A stretch of 64,000 bases of DNA, taken from Octopus sinensis. Taxonomy: Eukaryota. The notes below the pieces were generated by a model that was given only the letters and a program-made list of their open reading frames with translations, did not search any database and was not told the DNA's origin. The stretch covers positions 16,368,001-16,432,000 of the forward strand of contig NC_043017.1 in the NCBI RefSeq assembly GCF_006345805.1. Reading direction: 5' to 3'. Made by a program: the position numbers and the translations under genes. This document shows, in pieces, positions 40,860 through 55,189 of the stretch (positions within the stretch are counted from its first letter, which is position 1; each line of letters opens with the position of its first letter).

Positions 40860-41400
40860 GGTTCACCAAAGTCGTTGGAAACGGTACAGGAAAATACAAT
40901 GTGGGGTTAGGTAAAATGAAGCGTGGAAACCGTGAGAACGATGATAAAATAAGTTGTAAGAAAAAAATTCCCCAAAGGAGGAAGACTTCCTTGGACTGCT
41001 CGTAGACAATCCAGCGGTGTTTATTGAATTCCTGATTGGTCTCCATAGTTTTTAAGAAAACGGTTAACGTCGGACACCTGCTGTCGCGTGTAGAACAGAT
41101 CCGGCTATCATTGTGAGTCCATGGTGAGTCCCGTCGCCTTCTTTTAACCGGGAAAAGCAGGCAATTTCTATATACCACGTGGTCATAGCGAATATGGTGG
41201 ACGCGATTGAAGACAAACCTGAAGAGGAAAATAACAGTGGAGAGATAAGCCATTTTATTGAAAAGTGGATGAGAGTGGTGAACATGGTGCGAGTGAACGC
41301 ACCTGCTCTGAGCTTACGTCTGTAATTCGGAGATAAAATACTGAGAAAAAGCACCCGTCCAAGAAGTCAGGGCACCCGTAGTTTTATGCAGTTTTTCCAT
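40860..41400 (+). mobile_element. Probable Tx1-like LINE 3' fragment
   Basis: Degenerate ORF ending FIEKWMRVVNMVRVNAPALSLRL. Confidence 0.4.
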
Positions 41401-41451
41401 GAGCAGGCCTCCAACATATCCTCCTTATTTGTTAAAATTTTTATTACTAGT

Positions 41452-41457
41452 TCGTTT

Positions 41458-41515
<58 letters not shown>

Positions 41516-41584
41516 TTCCTTCCTTCCTCCTTCCTTCCTTCCTTTCTTTCTTTCTTTCTTTCTTCCTTTCTTTCTTTCTTTTTT

Positions 41585-41624
<40 letters not shown>

Positions 41625-41672
41625 TATTCCTTCCTTCCTTCCTTTCTTTCTTTCCTTCTTTCTTTCTTTTTT
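41452..41672 (+). repeat. (TTTC)n/(TTCC)n polypyrimidine microsatellite
   Basis: Direct reading. Confidence 0.95.
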
Positions 41673-41902
41673 TGTTAAACCTGTCTAAACGTAAAACCCT
41701 TACAGCAACACGCGCGCGCACACACTCAACGTTTTCCCCTGTGTCCCTTTAATGCTTTTCTTAAATAAACCCTTTGGGATTAAAAAAGCATCATCATCAT
41801 CATTATTATTTGTTAAGTAATAGTCGTAGTTGTAGTATTTTAAATCATTGAGTATACCAAAAATTTTGCGAATATTGAGTGTAATATCTATTGTCTTTTC
41901 AG

Positions 41903-41956
41903 TCCGCATTCGTCACAGGTCAAGAATTTATTATTGATGGCGGTTGGAGCATGTAA
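41903..41956 (+). CDS. BDH2: BDH2 exon 9 (SAFVTGQEFIIDGGWSM-stop)
   Basis: CTTTTCAG acceptor; IDGGWS terminus; TAA 41954-41956; summed exons 756 nt = 251 aa + stop. Confidence 0.95.
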   Translation, partial: SAFVTGQEFIIDGGWSM

Positions 41957-42045
41957 GCTGTGACGATTGAGCACTCTCTGGAAATATCCTTACAGCCAGA
42001 AAAAAACAAAAGCACCAATTTTTGTGAATATAAAAATTAACAGAG

Positions 42046-42066
42046 AATAAATAAATAAATAAATAA
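42046..42066 (+). terminator. BDH2: Probable BDH2 polyadenylation signal (overlapping AATAAA)
   Basis: (AATA)n run about 90 nt after the stop codon, followed by T-rich sequence. Confidence 0.6.
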
Positions 42067-42719
42067 AACATATATTTTAGTAGTTTTAATATTCAATGAA
42101 ATTAGACATTAAATTTGTACAAATTTCATCAACGCCAGAAGGATCGTTAGTCGCCTGATCTGCCAAAAATAACTGCAAAATGATACACTATCAGGTTTAA
42201 AAAAAGAGATGATGTATCGGATAAGGTAAATGTCTGAAAAGGAGAGATGAGATGGTCATGACTGGAGTGTCTTTGGTCATATGTGTTCTTGGTCAAGGGT
42301 GACCTGAATCTAAACTGTTGGATGATGAAAACTCAATTCCAGTGGGATCTTGGACTTGAAATCTTCAATTTTGGATCGAATTAAGTGCTGTAAGATGTTT
42401 TACAGATTCGTCAATCTATGGTCTTTGTAATAATAATGGCGATGATGATGGTCACTCGCATCGATTTCGATGTATGAGTATTTAAAGGAAAAGACTAAAT
42501 TTTTTTTCAAAAGTGTTTTAAAAAGACACTGCGTCTATTTGTGATGGAGTTTGCTATGAAGTCACAATGAGGATTTTGATTTTGCCTAGAATTCGACAAA
42601 TATGTCTGTTGATTACAAGATAAAGTTCTATTGTTCTATTTCTTCAACTCAAATTCTTTAGACATATCATGACACATTTTGTGTCACATAGATCTATCTA
42701 GATCGTAACTTTCTCAAGA

Positions 42720-43290
42720 GGTCAGGATGTTAGTGATTGCTCTTATAGTGATACCTTAGCAGGGGGGGGGGTCTTTCTTTACCGCGAAATCCCTCTACTT
42801 GTTGACCATACAAAAGAATTTTCGGAATGCGATCATATTGCATTCTAACATGTACTGCCCATCGGCATTGAATTGTAGCAGCCTCAGCGCATGTGCGCAC
42901 ATCATCAGCCAAGGCATGCCCAACCCTTCACGCAGCGGATGCTGACAGCAAATAGGATGTCTGACCAGCAGGACACATTTCCTTTACAAGAAGCGGAAGA
43001 GCAAGCGTTCCATCTAGTCAAATATAATACGGAGCAAGGCACGATGGTCATGGTCTCAAGAGCAAAGTCACCTGTTCGACTACCACAGATCGCTGTTCAT
43101 AGATGTGGTGACCATCAGTGAGAACAGAATTTCCGAGATACATCGATAACAGCCACGGCTGGACGGGAATCCTGTAGGAGAGTCGCGGTGATGTTTGGGA
43201 AGGTCTGGATTACGAAATACGATATACCTTCCTGGAATTAAGATGATGGGTCTGGGCGTGACCACCAGTGAAGGCTATTCCGACTAGTAG
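42720..43290 (-). mobile_element. RTE LINE C-terminal fragment
   Basis: RWAVHVRMQYDRIPKILLYG resembles the RTE LRWxGHVxRM..RIPK.LLYG motif. Confidence 0.65.
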
Positions 43291-44368
43291 CCGTTGACGC
43301 CCCAACATAGAGTCTTTCCTAGGAACGTCCCACTTTTTAGTGCTGCGCTAGCAGAGCTTAAGCGTCTACGCTAAGACACCAAAGAACACAAGCTGTACGA
43401 TGAGTCGAGTGTCAGGGGTGCAGCATGACAATAAAGCCACAATTTGGTCTTTGGCAGACCATGAAGACTGCACATCACTCGATTCCAAGTATATGTGTGC
43501 AGCTTTTCGAAACGAGTGGTGGACTGGATTACAAAAGAAGAGACTTCAATGTTCACACGACGTCATGCCACGACTTTCGGCAATGGTGGCAACGGTCACA
43601 CAAATACTAGAAGCGTCGACTAGCTACTCGAAAGCCAAAACCACTTGGTTTGGATTGTCCTGACGAGGTCTGAGTCTATATGTCAGACTTGTATGCCGAA
43701 CTCTTGGTAGATATTCCATACAAAATGCGAAAATCCCCAGTTTTGTGTGCAAGGTAGCGATGGTGCTGCTGAGAAAGGACACAAAAAAGCGGAATACAAG
43801 TTGGCGCATGTCGAAAGTCTTTTTGGTGATACGCAAACGTGTAGTGCTCCGAACAGATCAATCATAACTTTTACTTCATGTGATACATCTCAGAAAGAAA
43901 TTAAAAAGAACCTGGCACAGACGGAGTCCTAAATGACTTCGATCACTCGAAAGCTTTCGATAGACCACTAACACATGATGGCTGTCTCCAAAGCAACTGG
44001 TTTCATCGCTGGGTCAGCGCAATGTAGAACAATATCAGTTTGGTGTTTAGGGAGGAAAGGCAGCTCAGCTATCATAACAATTCAGCATCACGTGCTCGGT
44101 CCCTCGAGGTTACTTCCTTTCGTTTCTTCTTCATGGGATGGGTCTTGAGTCAGTATTCCGAAAACCAGAAACATTGAAGGGCATCCAATACGAACTAAGA
44201 TGCTCTGCACTGGTATATGCGAACGGTTGCCCACTATAATAACGTTGGGTATCAAGAATACCAAAGATTGGTACCGCTGTAACAGAGTACGAGACGATAA
44301 CAGGGGCCAAAATCAGCGATGTAAAGTCGGTGGCGTTGCAGCTCGGTATCCGGAGAAGCATATCTGAA

Positions 44369-44603
44369 GGCGGCGAGCTGGCAGAAACGTTAGCACGCCG
44401 GGCGAAATGCGTAACCGTATTTCGTCTGCCGTTACGTTCTGAGTTCAAATTCCGCCGAGGTCGATTTTACCTTTCATCCTTTCGGGGTAGACAAATTAAG
44501 TACCAGTTGCGCACTGGGGTCGATATAATCGACTTAATCCGTTTGTCTGTCCTTGTTTGTTCCCTCTGTGTTTAGCCCCTTGTGGGTAGTAAAGAAATAG
44601 GTA
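44369..44603 (+). mobile_element. SINE family A
   Basis: Full-length match. Confidence 0.85.
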
Positions 44604-45984
44604 TCTAGAGAGGCATAAATGTTGTAGAGTGCTGGATAGACGGGCCTGTTAAATTCCTTTCAATTGGTTCGGTCCAGATCTCCAGGTGAGGAAGAATTAG
44701 GACGAGGAAACGAACAGAGTGGCCTGCTTTGCTCCGAAATAGGTAGAGCGAAAACTATCTCCGAAAAGTCGGGAAAAGGCGGCAAACGTCAAGATCGCCT
44801 CACTATATTCTAATATCGTCCCAACCACGGTGCCTTGCTGCAGTTCAGGCAGACTGGAGACTGCTCTTCGATTTTCATGGAAGGATGTATTCCACTGGTC
44901 AGGCGCCCCATTTGTTGTCAGTACCTGTCGCAGGGTTGGACCAATTCCTTGACAGTGAATATGTGTGACTGCCGTCATTCAGATGTGTTTTTCCCAGTTC
45001 ATCTCAAGCAGTCGAGAGCCCACAACTTTCTGTCACTCGAGCAATGCAACCGAAGTGCAGAAATTTCTGTCTAGGTGATGTTATGTTTCCAGAGGTTGAA
45101 TTGGCTCAACTTGCCTTAGTAAACTTTGTAAAGTAGCCCAGAGTGCTGAACTCTGGCTCGAGGAAAGGGTCCAATAAGACAACTCGTGACTCAGGCCCTC
45201 GAGATAGAAGGCATGTATTCTGATCTGGTACAGGAAAGATCGAAGTCATTCTGCGCAAAGAATAGGCAGACAGACAGATTGATAGATAATCAGGCAGGCA
45301 GATAGAAAGACAAAAAGTAGAGTTAAACAAATAGGAATTTGAATCAAGACAGAACACAAAGAAGGGTAAGTTATGAATACAGATTTTATTGATAATTGAT
45401 GTACGTGTTTCTATTCTTACACGTAGACATGCTAATTTTGAATGTTCATTAGGGAAGCTATAAAGTGCAAAGATTGGTGGATTTCACTGCAAAAATATCC
45501 AATGAAAATCTTACAAAATATTCAGGTGATTGACAAAAAAATTACAAAAAACAGAAAAAATATTGAAATTTGTGATAAAAATAGCTTACAGATGACGTTT
45601 TATATATAAGGAACATCCTTTTTGCCAAATGCCAAACCATAACTAAATGAAATCCGTGTTCAAGAAACACCGATTTTTTATTTTCATCCATTTCTCCATA
45701 GAATGGACAAATTTGTATAAAAGAAACACATTTTCCCCATTTTTATTGTTTCCATTTGTGAGATAAATTTCTTTCACAAATGTGTGTGTATGCATATTTA
45801 TGAGTATATGTATGGATGTATACGTATATACAACTATTCACGCACACATACAAACATACGTACACACACACACACACACACACAGACACACACACACACA
45901 CACAGACACACATATCGATAAATAAATATATATCGGCTTGGTCTTCGCCCAGCTCACTTAAGGGCCAAGCTTTGTTGATTTCTC

Positions 45985-46385
45985 TCGGTTAGTATCTGGT
46001 TAGTGTGTCCCTGAGCAGGTCAATCGAGTTGATGATTAGGGTGGTATCGTCCGCACACTCCCGGTTGATAAAGTGGTAGTTCCCGAAGGTAACGCCAGAA
46101 ACTCCCTCACAGCGCTCGATCATCAGATAATTGATGACACAGTTGAAAAGGTCGGGGGGGGGGGAAGCCACGCAGCCCTGTCTGACCCCGCTGTCGATGG
46201 GAAGTCAGTCAGAATCCTTTCCGTTTACCCGCACGCAGCTCTCTATAGGCTCTGCTATAGGGCCATTGGGGCAGGACAGTGACCTAGAGAGGCGCGTCGA
46301 CGAGCTTCAGAATTTTCCAGAGGGATGCGTGGTTGACCATGTCGAATGTCGCTTTGAGGTCAACAAAGACGATATCAAGGCGGTG
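45985..46385 (-). mobile_element. RTE-type LINE reverse transcriptase fragment
   Basis: VFVDLKATFDMVNHASLWKIL and (Y/C)ADDTTLI motifs. Confidence 0.75.
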
Positions 46386-46389
46386 AATT

Positions 46390-47610
46390 TCAAGGAACTC
46401 CATCGCCCCAGGGCAGCCATTCCGCTGTCCGAGAACTACAACATCACCCTGGCAGGACTCTGCGAAACACGCTGGCCGCCCGGCAGTGGCTGGCTCATCG
46501 CAAGAGACCACTGCCACATCTAGAGTGGCCTTTGCGGCGTGACACTGGCTCCACCCAAGCACGCCTGCAAGTCGCACATCAGCTGCAACCTGGTGAGCTA
46601 TGCACGCTGTCTGCCCGTTTTCACCATGGGCACGGGAAGATGACTATCGTCGTGGCCTACAGAGGACCCAGTCAAGGATGACAACTACAACCAACCCCAA
46701 CAGGTTTTAGGACAAATCCCACCCCCACGACATCACGATCTCGACGGACCCCAATGCTACCATCTCCTTTTATCCCAGGTTCCCTTCAACCGACTCACTC
46801 CAAGTTCAATCCATTGGCACAACTTTCGCCGCTCCATCTACCAATGACAATGATAATTGTCTGCTGCTCCTATACCACTACAACAACCTCTATATCGCCG
46901 ACACCTGGTTCCACCACAAACTTAGCCATCGCTGGACTTGGCACGGTCCGGACAGCGATCGACCACATCATCTGCCGCCGCTGGATGTCATTTGTCACCA
47001 ACTGGTGGGTTTATAGGGAGCTCAACTCGGCAATACCGATCATAGATTGCTGGCTGCAACACTTAAGCTGAAGTTGCGGAAAGATCCTGCCACCAAGAAC
47101 CAGCCCCGCCCTGACACTTCTTGTTTCTGTGATCCCAACATTGCTTCTATATTCGCTTCAGTGTCCTGGCCGAGGATGAGACTGTCAACTTAGAGATCTT
47201 AAGTCAAGCGTCAACCAGTCTGCCCATGACGTCCTGGTAAACTCAAGACCCCTTCCCAAGCGGCCCTGAATTTCCCCGTGAACGCTAAAGGCTAAGAAAT
47301 GCGGTCGCAAGGCTCGTTTGCACGACGACACGAATGAGTAACGCCGGCTCAACCGGATTCACAAGGTCATCACAGATGACGGGGAGAAGTTCTGGGCGGA
47401 AGAAGCCGAGCGCCTGGAGGCAGGAGCAAGGAACAACGACTTCAGGTAGGTGTTCACCATGCTCTGCAGAGCTCGTACCGGTTCCCCGTTCAGAACAGCC
47501 CTGGCGAACGTCATCACCACAGAAACCGCCTGTCTCGAATGCTGGAAAGAGCACTTCAGCCTTCTTCATCAACCACCTGTCCCAATCGATCCTAGCCTAA
47601 CCACCACTGC
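46390..47610 (+). mobile_element. RTE-type LINE APE endonuclease and linker fragment
   Basis: ITLAGLCETRWPPGSG, IDHIICRRW and WKEHFSLL motifs; frameshifted. Confidence 0.7.
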
Positions 47611-48035
47611 AGGCACAATATATGTGTGTATTCGTTCGTTTATTTGTTTTATATCCCCTTTTCTTTGGGTTAGAAAAATATATTATTGACTGTTTTTTTC
47701 TTTAATTTTTCAAAGGTGGTTGTCATTATGTTTTTTTTTTTTTTGTTTCTTTTACCATTTAAGGACTCCCTTTGTCCACACCTCTTCGAAGGTGAAAAGT
47801 CAGGAGGTGATTTTGTGATGCGGGAAATCTAAAGTTACCGAGTGTAGGTTAGCAAAAATGTGAACAAACAAGTGCACTTTTTTTATTCACACACCGATAC
47901 CTACACATTTACCAACCACGCAGTCCCGGGTTCAGTTCCACTACCTGGCGCCTTGGGCATATGTCTTTTACTATAGTCTCGAGCCGACTAAAGCTTTTTG
48001 AGATTTGGTAGACGAAAACTGAATCAGAAAGAAGT

Positions 48036-48169
<134 letters not shown>

Positions 48170-48667
48170 CATCTGTGTGTATGAGAGTGTATGTGCATGT
48201 GTATGTGAGTGTGTGTGTGTGTGTGTGTGCGTGCATATCGAAATTGATGGTGTAATCTTACTAACGGTTCCAGATTCAGTAGCAACTTACATTGTGCATT
48301 AAGCGATAAATAACATACAATAGAAAGTAATGGATAAATGCAATTAAGCATATGCACGATTCTGAGGCAGAAAAATAATCTTATTATCAGTGCAGATACT
48401 TCATAATTTACGACGTAATCTGATTCTTCAGCAGGTACGAACCACCAGGTATTTTAAAGAACAGCGAATCACACGCCTTTTCTACCATCTTCTCGATAAA
48501 CACAGAGTATTATTTCAATAATACTAATTAAAAAATTTTTTTTTCCCATCTTGAAAATTTGCCTTGTAATGAAATCTGGTTTGATTTCCTTTTTTCTAAT
48601 TTTTCATACACCCATTTTTATTAAAATTTGCTTTCAGTTTAGCATTCTGTCTTACTATTTTTCTTCT

Positions 48668-48699
<32 letters not shown>

Positions 48700-48710
<11 letters not shown>

Positions 48711-49190
48711 ATTAGAGATAAAACCACTATTAGGCAAATCATACAATGAAAAACTCAAGCCAATACATAAGATTAATTAATTTATATTATTTAAAATATA
48801 TATCAAAATTATTAAAAAAAGATAATTAGTATAACACTACGATCGTTTCATGGCTGTCCAATTCTTAAAATTTCGGGTTACAGTCATTCTTCAGGTGATT
48901 TAGATATCTAAAATATAATCAGAAATATATTATTATATTATTTATATCTTAAAAATATTGTTTAAATATTTCTGATTATATTTTAGATATTTAAATCACA
49001 TGAAGAATGAGTGTAAACCGAAATTTTAAGAATTGGACAGCCATGAAAGGATTGTAGTGTTATACTAATTATCTTTTTTAATAATTTTGATATATATTTC
49101 AAATAATATAAATTAATTATCTTATGTATGGCTTAAGTTTTTCATTGTATGATTTGCCTAATAGTGGTTTTATCTCTAATTTAATATAAT
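48700..49190. repeat. About 490-bp AT-rich palindrome; single-arm relative at about 22808-23060
   Basis: Arms of about 230 bp are reverse complements. Confidence 0.9.
48835..48897 (-). ncRNA. Minimal type I hammerhead ribozyme motif
   Basis: CAC-CTGAAGA-ATG..CAT-GAAAC-GATC-GTA-GTG. Confidence 0.6.
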
Positions 49191-49330
49191 ATAATATTTT
49201 ACTATAAAATTGGATTCAATCCTAAATCTGATTTTTCCCTGTAAGTTTGGATTTATTCCTAATATTTTATTATATATATATATATATATATATATCTATA
49301 TATATATATATATAATATATATATATATAG

Positions 49331-49448
<118 letters not shown>

Positions 49449-49696
49449 AGGAGATGTGGAACACGAGTTGTGATATATAAAAAAGGAAATGAAGAAAATG
49501 CTGACAAAATAATTTAAGTAATTTAATTACGTGAAAGTTCTTTTTACCGGTTGCGCATTTGTTATGCTTATCAAAAGATTAGAGTTCCTTTCTATATATA
49601 AGAAGTTACATAAATCCGATTTATGGGATTATCTTAGGTGTCACGTTCATAAAGGGCTTAGCTTTATGGACGTGAAATTTAAGGTAATCTCATAAA

Positions 49697-50540
49697 CCGG
49701 CCCAATGCCTACCAAGAGGGGCGACGGGGAGGGCGGTCCGTCCCGGGCGGCACAATATAGACTTTAATAATGTATAGTAGCTATTAATATTTCCTTAAAA
49801 TTTAAATTTATCATCAGTAAACTTGTATTTTTGTGTTAATATTGCGTAATATTGTTAATACAGTAATGTTGTGTGTTATTGGATAAGAGAGTGTGTCGAT
49901 GATATTCAGGAAGTTGATTATTTTTTAGGATGGTCTATACTCTATTTGCTTTTATTCATATAAATTTACGATATCACTGATATAATTTGAGATGAAGTGA
50001 ATTAACGATAGCGGTGCAACATTTCGAAAAAAAAAAAAAGAAGAACGAGAGAAGAAGAAGAAATGCGAAATGAAGGTGACATAATTAACCTAATTAAATT
50101 TCTCATCAGACCCAAGCGTTCAGCTGAAACTGGTATTACTGTAGAAGGTCATGAAGTAGAACTTGAAGAGGAAATAGAAGATGATGATGATGATGATGCT
50201 GATCCACCAGAAACTACTGAAGAACAAAACTCTAATATTAATTTGAAAGACATTGGGATGTGGCCTGCTAAGTTTAATCAAGGTGACGGTGGTTCGGGAA
50301 ATCCTTGAGCAACAAGGATCGAAGTTTTGGGCAAAAATATTGACTGTGGATTCAAAGAAGTTGTACGTCCGGGACAAATAAGAAAACTGAAAGGGGAGAC
50401 TGGAAGACTGTCAAGAAACTGGGTTTTTTCGAACTTTACAAAGCGGGGGGAAAAATCTTGAGAACTTGGATGATGTACTCCCCATCGAAAGAAGCTGTGT
50501 TTTGTTTTTGTTGTCAGCTATTTTCAAGAGAAAACTCAAA
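49697..50540 (+). mobile_element. 5' part of a hAT-like transposon
   Basis: GC-rich terminus; acidic N-terminal ORF ending DIGMWP; WMMYSPSKEAVFCFCCQLF zinc-finger-type segment. Confidence 0.6.
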
Positions 50541-51539
50541 GTTACCACACATCCACTCCTGCGCCTGTAAATATATATGGTGACCATAGTGGTCAGTCCG
50601 ATATTTGGACGTACGTAATTACTGTTTATACTACGGCAAAGTATCATATTATTGGAAACTTGAGCCACAGAGCGCAGGTAAGATCACACACGAACCTTTC
50701 TACGTAAGTGTTTGCACTCACGCACTTATACAAGGCAAGTCATAAATAAGGATCATCACATATTAATCAATCTTAGTACATTTGACTTACAGCTGTTGCT
50801 AAAAGTCATTATAAGTTCGTTATCGGTAGATTGATAAGCCTATTGATCGGTTGGGGAAACTGAACGACCGAGAGAATTGATATTTCTTTTGTCAGAGTTA
50901 TTTCTGGTTAAAACCAAGCAGAACACTGGTTATAACTAGAAACGAATCTGACGAAAATAACATTAATTCTCTGGGTCGTTCGATTATTCTCAACCGATTC
51001 ATGGGCTAATTGAGTAAATCTATCAATAATATACCTATAATGACCACTGGAAACAGTTTTAAGTCGAATTTAGTACAATAAAGTAATACGTAACGACCAT
51101 TATTTATGCCATGTCTTATACACCACTCTGTGTAAAATCCAGCATAACTGGAACACAAGCATGGATTTACAATATGGAATGACTATGAACTATAACCTCG
51201 AGCCCTGTCACAAGAATTACACGGAATTCTTTACTAATCTAAACAATATTATGAGCCCGGTGTACTAACAGAGGATTTATAAAGTATTTTGCCCGGATTG
51301 ATAATCCTTTATAGCCTCGTTAAGCTATACATAAATAAACTCATGGAGATGAGAATGTGTTAGCGAAAGATTTATTCCTTTAAGTACAGTTTGATGTACT
51401 AAAAAGGAATAAATCTTTCACTACAGCTACCAGCTACTTCTGCCTCTTGGAAGCCCGCTCAACTGGAAGTCCAATTCGCTGCAGTCTAGCTCCCTAGCTA
51501 GCTCGCAGCGAAGTCCCTGTCTACAGTACGCATGTCTTA

Positions 51540-52282
51540 AATCCTGCCCCCCAAGAACTGTTGACTGTTATTGGAACCGGGAAGACGTTTTAATTGTCCT
51601 GCCTGAGCATGTGGTTACTCGGCTCTTTGGTGACTGTTCCTTGCCAAGGGTTGGTGCACTCTGCCTGGGGCGGCCTCTGTTTGGTGGTTGAGCTACCTGA
51701 ACGGGGCTGTCAATATCGAGATGAGCCGGTTTCAACCTATCGATGGAAACTATGTCTTGTCATCCGCCAATTAGGAGTTGAAATGATTTGTCTCTCGGAC
51801 ATATGATTTCATATGGACCATCGTAGGGTGACTGGAGGGGTTTTGGTCTTAGTAATGTGTATATGAAATGGTGCTTCATTACACGTTGAACGAACACAAA
51901 GTTAGCTGTGTGGAGGTCGTTTGGTACGGATGATCTGGGTGTACCGTGTGTTGACAAAGGAATAAGGTGCCACTGGCCCCAAGCTGTCTCTCAATTGAGG
52001 GAGGTACCTTTTGACATCCAGGTCTGACTTCATATTCGGAAGGAACCCTCCTGGTACTGTAAGAGGGGAACCATACACATTTCTATGGTGGAATTGTTGA
52101 GATTTTCTTTTGGAGCGGTGCGGATTCCCAGCATCACTCATGGAAGTTGATCAATCCAAATTGGGTCCGTTAAGTCTGGTTGTCAGGGATTCCTTCAAGC
52201 GGTGGTAAAATCTCTCCACTAACCCGTTGGATTGTGGATGGTAGGCTGTTGTGTTGTTCATTGTGATTCCAAAATGGTCACA

Positions 52283-52290
<8 letters not shown>
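51540..52290 (-). mobile_element. Gypsy/Ty3 integrase C-terminal remnant with polypurine tract
   Basis: TTAYHPQSNGLVERF...LKESL and LQSPYDGPYEI motifs; G-rich tract near 51545-51556; possible LTR about 50566-51525. Confidence 0.75.
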
Positions 52291-52314
<24 letters not shown>

Positions 52315-53253
52315 ATGCAAATAAGTAACAAAGATGTCCAGGTATCAATTAATATAATAAATTTGTTAACTTATGAATTACCACATCCTGTATTCCTCAT
52401 TTCTAATTCCCACCCTTAGAGCTTATTTTAACCTCTTTTGTTTTTCACTTTTATTTGATAATCTAAATAAGGACTAGCCACCAACATCCTTCCTTCTTCT
52501 AGTTATCACCTCTTCCCCATCAGTCATACTCTCACTAGCAGCTCTGAGACATATCCTTTTATGTAGATAAAGCTAGTATATGGTCCCAGTAAAATAAGGG
52601 TCTGGGAGGTTGTCTGACAGTAATTAATTTATCACTATCAACTGGAACATAGCTGACAATTCCCAATCGATTTAAGTTTAAATGTTTGTATAAAATCTTA
52701 TAAATAAAAATAAAAATAAATAACTATCTCACCACTCCCTATATTTTGACCCCACCACTATTTTCCTCTGCTACTCTCTAAATTATAAATGCTAAAAATG
52801 GTTTATCCTTTATGTTGGAAATCTATATGATCATCTGCGCCTGAGGAGAGCAGTTTCTCTCAAATTGATGTGATGTTTGAATTGATTGATTAAACGGAGC
52901 CACTTGAAACATCCATAATGTATTGATACCTGGACATCCTTGTTACTCATTTGCATTTTGCTCACCTTACTTTGAGTTGCATGGACGATACTGAACTAGC
53001 TTGGTGCCTCAATTTAAGTACCTAATTCAAGTGAATCTTAATTATATATATATATATAAACAACTTATAAACAAGGGCGTGCTTATAGTGATAAATTATA
53101 TGGTTATTGACGATTTGTCTATTTTCGGCATATTTGGCATTAGACTTTTTTCTTTTGCTCTTGTTTATAAGTTGTTTATAAATTTAACCTTTAAAGGTAT
53201 TTTTTAATATGCTGGCCATTGAAAATTTTTTTCGAAAACTTTTATCCTATATT

Positions 53254-53297
<44 letters not shown>

Positions 53298-53684
53298 TAT
53301 ATATAATATATATATATATATATGTATATATAATATATTATATATAGATGTATTGCATAAGCATTTATATATATGTGTGTGTGCATATGTAATATGGGGG
53401 GGGGGGTGCGCTATGGTTTAGTGGTCAGGGTGTTGGATTCAATGATTGTAAGATTGTGATTTCGATTCTTGGACTGGGCGATGTGTGGTGTGTTCTTGAG
53501 CAAAACACTTCATTTCATGTTGCTCCAGTCTACTCAGCTGTGGAAAATGAGTAATTGTGTGATGGACTGGCGTTCTGTCCAGGTGAGGAGTATATACACC
53601 ATTGAAACTGGACCTTATAAACCTGGCATCGCTCAGGAAGGAAGCATTTTTTTATGTGGTATATATATATATATTATATATATA

Positions 53685-53777
<93 letters not shown>

Positions 53778-54897
53778 ATATATATATCTATATATATATT
53801 ATATATATAATATATATAAACACACATATATACAGTAATATACATATGTGTACACACACACACACACACATACATATATTTATACACCTCATCCCTTGCA
53901 ATAGGTATTACTGCACTCCCCTATTTCCCCCTCTCTGGTCTCCATGTTTTAGCCCACACAATGCTCAGAATACTCTCTAATCTGTCCCGTGAACAAAGCA
54001 TCTCCTGTACCGCTTCCACAACTGAATGTCAATAAATTGTGCTGCCTCAAAAGTATCTCTAGCAACTAGAAGAATTTGTCTGCAACTGGTGCCAGAAAAA
54101 GTGCCCCTGCTAAATATGGTAAAGTGGTTGGCTACTGAGTAGAAAATGTATACTGTTCTGTGACCATTTATACAGAATCTTCAGTCTTGGTACCACAAGA
54201 GAATGCACCCAATGCACTTGGTAAAATGGTTTGTGAAAGGAAGACCATCCTGCTGTAGAAATCAGGTGAGATGGATGAGCAACGGTCTATGGAAGCAGCA
54301 TGGAAAGGAGATATGAAAATGGTGATATATATATGGAGAGATACACATACATACACACACACACAGATATGATATATTCAGATACATATATAAAGACATT
54401 CAATCACAAACATACATTCATACATACACATATACATACATACATAAACATGCATAAGACGTGTGTGTGTTTGTGTGTGTGTGTTTGTGTGTGTGTGCTT
54501 GTGTGTGTGTGTGTGTGAGTGACTGTGTGAAAAAAATGTGTTCATTGTCTGGTTGCAAAATGGCTACTGGAGGGACTAATACAGAATGATGAAGTGAAAT
54601 CTTTATTACATCCAGTTGTCATGTAATGAAGGAAGTATATTACAGCTGTTTAAAAAATGCCTTATAAATGCATTATATATATGTGTGTGTACACACACAT
54701 ACCTGTATGTATACATATATTGTCATACACATGTTTATTAATATATATCTGCATGTATTCATGTATTTACATAGGCACACAGACTCACACATGCATACAC
54801 ATTGCAGTCGTTGACAATCAATATAGCATTTAACATTATATTTCGTTTTTGGATTTGGTTTGCAGGATTCTTTATATGATTTCGTGTGTTGAAGCAT

Positions 54898-55189
54898 ATT
54901 CTGTTGTGTCTGGGGAGAGTCATTTTCTTTTTGTGCCTTATAATGTAACACACTCACCGGTAAAATTTCCCCTTTTTTCTTATTTTTATTGTCCTAAAAT
55001 TTTCGTTGCGTCTTGCAACCTTTTCAATAGTTTTGAAAGTTTTGGGGAATCAAAACTATTAAAAAGGTTGCAAGATACAATGAAAAATTTTGGGAAAATT
55101 AAAATAAGAAAAAAGTGAAAATTTTACCAGTGAGTGTGTTACATAACAAGGCACAAAAAGAAAATGACTCTCCCCAGACACAACAGAAT
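54898..55189. repeat. About 290-bp near-perfect palindrome 340 bp downstream of the KCNQ1 stop
   Basis: 54898-55036 is the reverse complement of 55050-55189. Confidence 0.9.

Noticed and set aside
41957-42070. Iron-responsive element in the BDH2 3' UTR, as reported for the human gene
   Set aside because: No CAGUGN loop in the short UTR before the poly(A) signal.
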